From the NCBI GenBank assembly GCA_041946805.1, contig JBHGBC010000063.1, positions 1 to 29,593 of the forward strand: a stretch of DNA of 29,593 nt, given 5' to 3'. This DNA is from a bacterium (GTDB lineage Bacteria; Hinthialibacterota; Hinthialibacteria; Hinthialibacterales; Hinthialibacteraceae). Below are positions 28,801 to 29,593 of this stretch, piece after piece (the stretch's first letter is position 1; each line of letters begins with the position of its first letter). The notes beneath the pieces were generated by a model. The model made no database searches, had not been told where the DNA came from, and saw nothing but the letters and a program-made list of their open reading frames with translations. Position numbers and translations under genes: made by a program.

Positions 28801-29059
28801 TGGCTCCGGGCGGGCGGATGAGAGTTTCGGTGACATCGTTGAGTCCGCGAAGATAATCCAGAAAGGAAAGAGAGAACGTCCGCGTGACATGCAATGCGCC
28901 CAAGGCGTAACCCACCTGGTCGCCCCGCGGCGGGGTATGGTCGAGCCACCGCCAGAGAAAATGCAGCGCCAGCCACACCGCCAGAACGGCCAGGCCGGCG
29001 ATATCCATCGCCGAATCGCGTTGGGGGCCGGGATTCGCCCGCACCTCCGCGCTCTCCAT
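25883..29059 (-). CDS. Large GT-C (GT39/ArnT-like) membrane glycosyltransferase with TPR-like region and C-terminal beta domains
   Basis: DHTPPRGDQ, RPPG, GLLTKW, WYWPN and KYLFPLLP membrane domain; then TPR-like helices (ELGQWHQRQGALDQAWEAY) and a beta-rich tail. Confidence 0.75.
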   Translation of the reverse strand: MESAEVRANPGPQRDSAMDIAGLAVLAVWLALHFLWRWLDHTPPRGDQVGYALGALHVTRTFSLSFLDYLRGLNDVTETLIRPPGASLLLAPWTALFNGDLRLANLACVLWHTATFALLIRLGSELYSRRAGILAAVFYIGLPLIYGVEIDPEFYFMTGLPLALLCCLHLWDESRAQWAWWQGLGLVIAFGLLTKWIFAIYLLGPAAIFAVVEIRRIREQGWPKGYFRGFLHGLLLTVPILLVAAFWYWPNRQLLVQIFSELAETREFTPFKEGWNWRVIFHYPGDFLYHNQILPSVILMLGITVPLMPGSKRRRLGLSPMENREKSAYWLLMSSVLGFWLYTTVRYENIPLKYLFPLLPVMSLLAVAWIEHILSQWLRNVLAWTIIGYGLFCAVWMHFAPLSWLGPSNLPQVVWIDPSRYAVTYAMPIPRPPHTEEWPFRDIAQMAAKLETGNVTPGLMVILPDLYYFDWRTARYELRRQVPHFNALPLIPGNGLLRLYNAGYILTSRGQVSRLPYASREQNPDAKTALALNRLIDRAPDWFWNHYRLVKTFAMPYGLPELQLYRLETPHGEESAAALCDFWLMDHAGEVEAWEQIRAVWRIQRNPARMAFAEGMIRALSNKNSEPAARTFDWIPQKSYEKLQLGLLALNRGRIEEGLAWLAACAEDRSACSGTAERELGQWHQRQGALDQAWEAYLQTGRLRREDPTPFRLMASLAEQQSQAEEAKHFQELAKLTEEIQTQNRRPDLYQKAADLLLQADRPEDALWYATQAWLAGLTRYPNLIPLHRALARLGKSWPDYESIPLPVERMWETLSLPGDAKIHLRKDSRKVFSFLNLDEGTYRLRWNQTRQSESAWLAFYLDDRFVAEKTDFAPRPDGTQFVIFKSPPWRDRLRIDCLDGEAELSNLVLEKVAMPISLMDSRGVLTIHGHWERAEADPSTGQVTFLPVDNTLRVRFSDHTDPRAWDYWEIEFSGAVPESIGFILHVRKDGLETQSLAFGFTPTEEMSPGSNLWRIPWPEAAKAFPFVVGWRMEVHFQNPGENWILRGMRWIREGKRE

Positions 29060-29063
29060 TCCC

Positions 29064-29474
29064 TCAATACCTCGGTATCTTGGGATCGATCTCCACCGAC
29101 CAGGCGTCGATCCCCCCCGGCATGACTTTGGCGTTCTGATAGCCCAGGCCCCACAACTGATGCATCACCACTTCGCTGCGCGCGCCATGATGGCAAAAAA
29201 CGATAACCTCGGCCGCCGGATCATCGGAGATCTCCTTGTAGCGCGCGTGGATTTCCCCCATGGGGATATGCAAGGCCCGGGGAATCGCGGCGATCCGCAA
29301 TTCCCGCTCTTCCCTCACGTCGAGCAGAATGATGGGCGCGCCGTCGTCCAGTTTCTTCTTGACCTCCTGGGGCGAAACTTCATGGCTGTCGTATTGGGGA
29401 ACGAAAGCCGCCGGCCGCGCCGGTGGCGGACTCGGTTTCGAGGAACCGAAGAGTTGTTTCAGCCAGTTCAACAT
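29064..29474 (-). CDS. Rhodanese-like domain protein
   Basis: LLDVREERE, HIPM, VFCHHGARS and GGIDAWS..IDP.IPRY motifs; AGGAGA RBS before ATG 29474. Confidence 0.92.
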   Translation of the reverse strand: MLNWLKQLFGSSKPSPPPARPAAFVPQYDSHEVSPQEVKKKLDDGAPIILLDVREERELRIAAIPRALHIPMGEIHARYKEISDDPAAEVIVFCHHGARSEVVMHQLWGLGYQNAKVMPGGIDAWSVEIDPKIPRY

Positions 29475-29499
29475 AAGTCTCTCCTGAAACATAAAATAA

Positions 29500-29593
29500 G
29501 GTTCATCCGGCAAGTGCGTACCTATGCGTACCTACTAGTGCAAAAGGCCTTTCATTCACTCGCTAATCCGGGTGGACACCCAGGTCCGACACT
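29500..29593. mobile_element. Second copy (left part) of the MITE-like element, truncated by the window edge
   Basis: GGTTCATCCGGCAAGTGCGTA end, then CATTCACTC and GGGTGGACACCCAGGTCCG in the same order as 17581-17660. Confidence 0.55.

Overview
GC-rich bacterial chromosomal window with ordinary housekeeping genes and a cell-surface/secretome cluster. No CRISPR array, tRNA, rRNA or transposase was seen. Left part: a 5' fragment of a secreted CBM9/DOMON-like gene (1-356, missed by the ORF track), divergent from a TPR protein, a CRTAC1-family (FG-GAP + ASPIC/UnbV) protein and an ArnT/GT39-like membrane glycosyltransferase. These are followed by two paralogous secreted tandem-CBM9/DOMON-like proteins. 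Middle: a 368-aa ORFan, a tatA/B-tatC-CapD/PglF-like dehydratase-folC operon, a stand-alone EF-G2-type fusA, a CehA/McbA-like metallohydrolase and pyrD. Right: gyrA and a rhodanese gene coupled to a large GT-C + TPR protein. Most interesting signals: (1) a shared extreme C-terminal tag V-x-[DE]-W-S-L-Y on both secreted paralogs, a candidate undescribed sorting signal, together with shared promoter and terminator architecture; (2) a MITE-like element family (17581-17790 and 29500-end) carrying REP- and BoxC-like repeats; (3) a candidate sRNA downstream of pyrD. The gene style recalls uncultured OLB16/Hinthialibacterota-like bacteria, but this is from memory and unverified. All calls were made by eye from motifs, without database searches.
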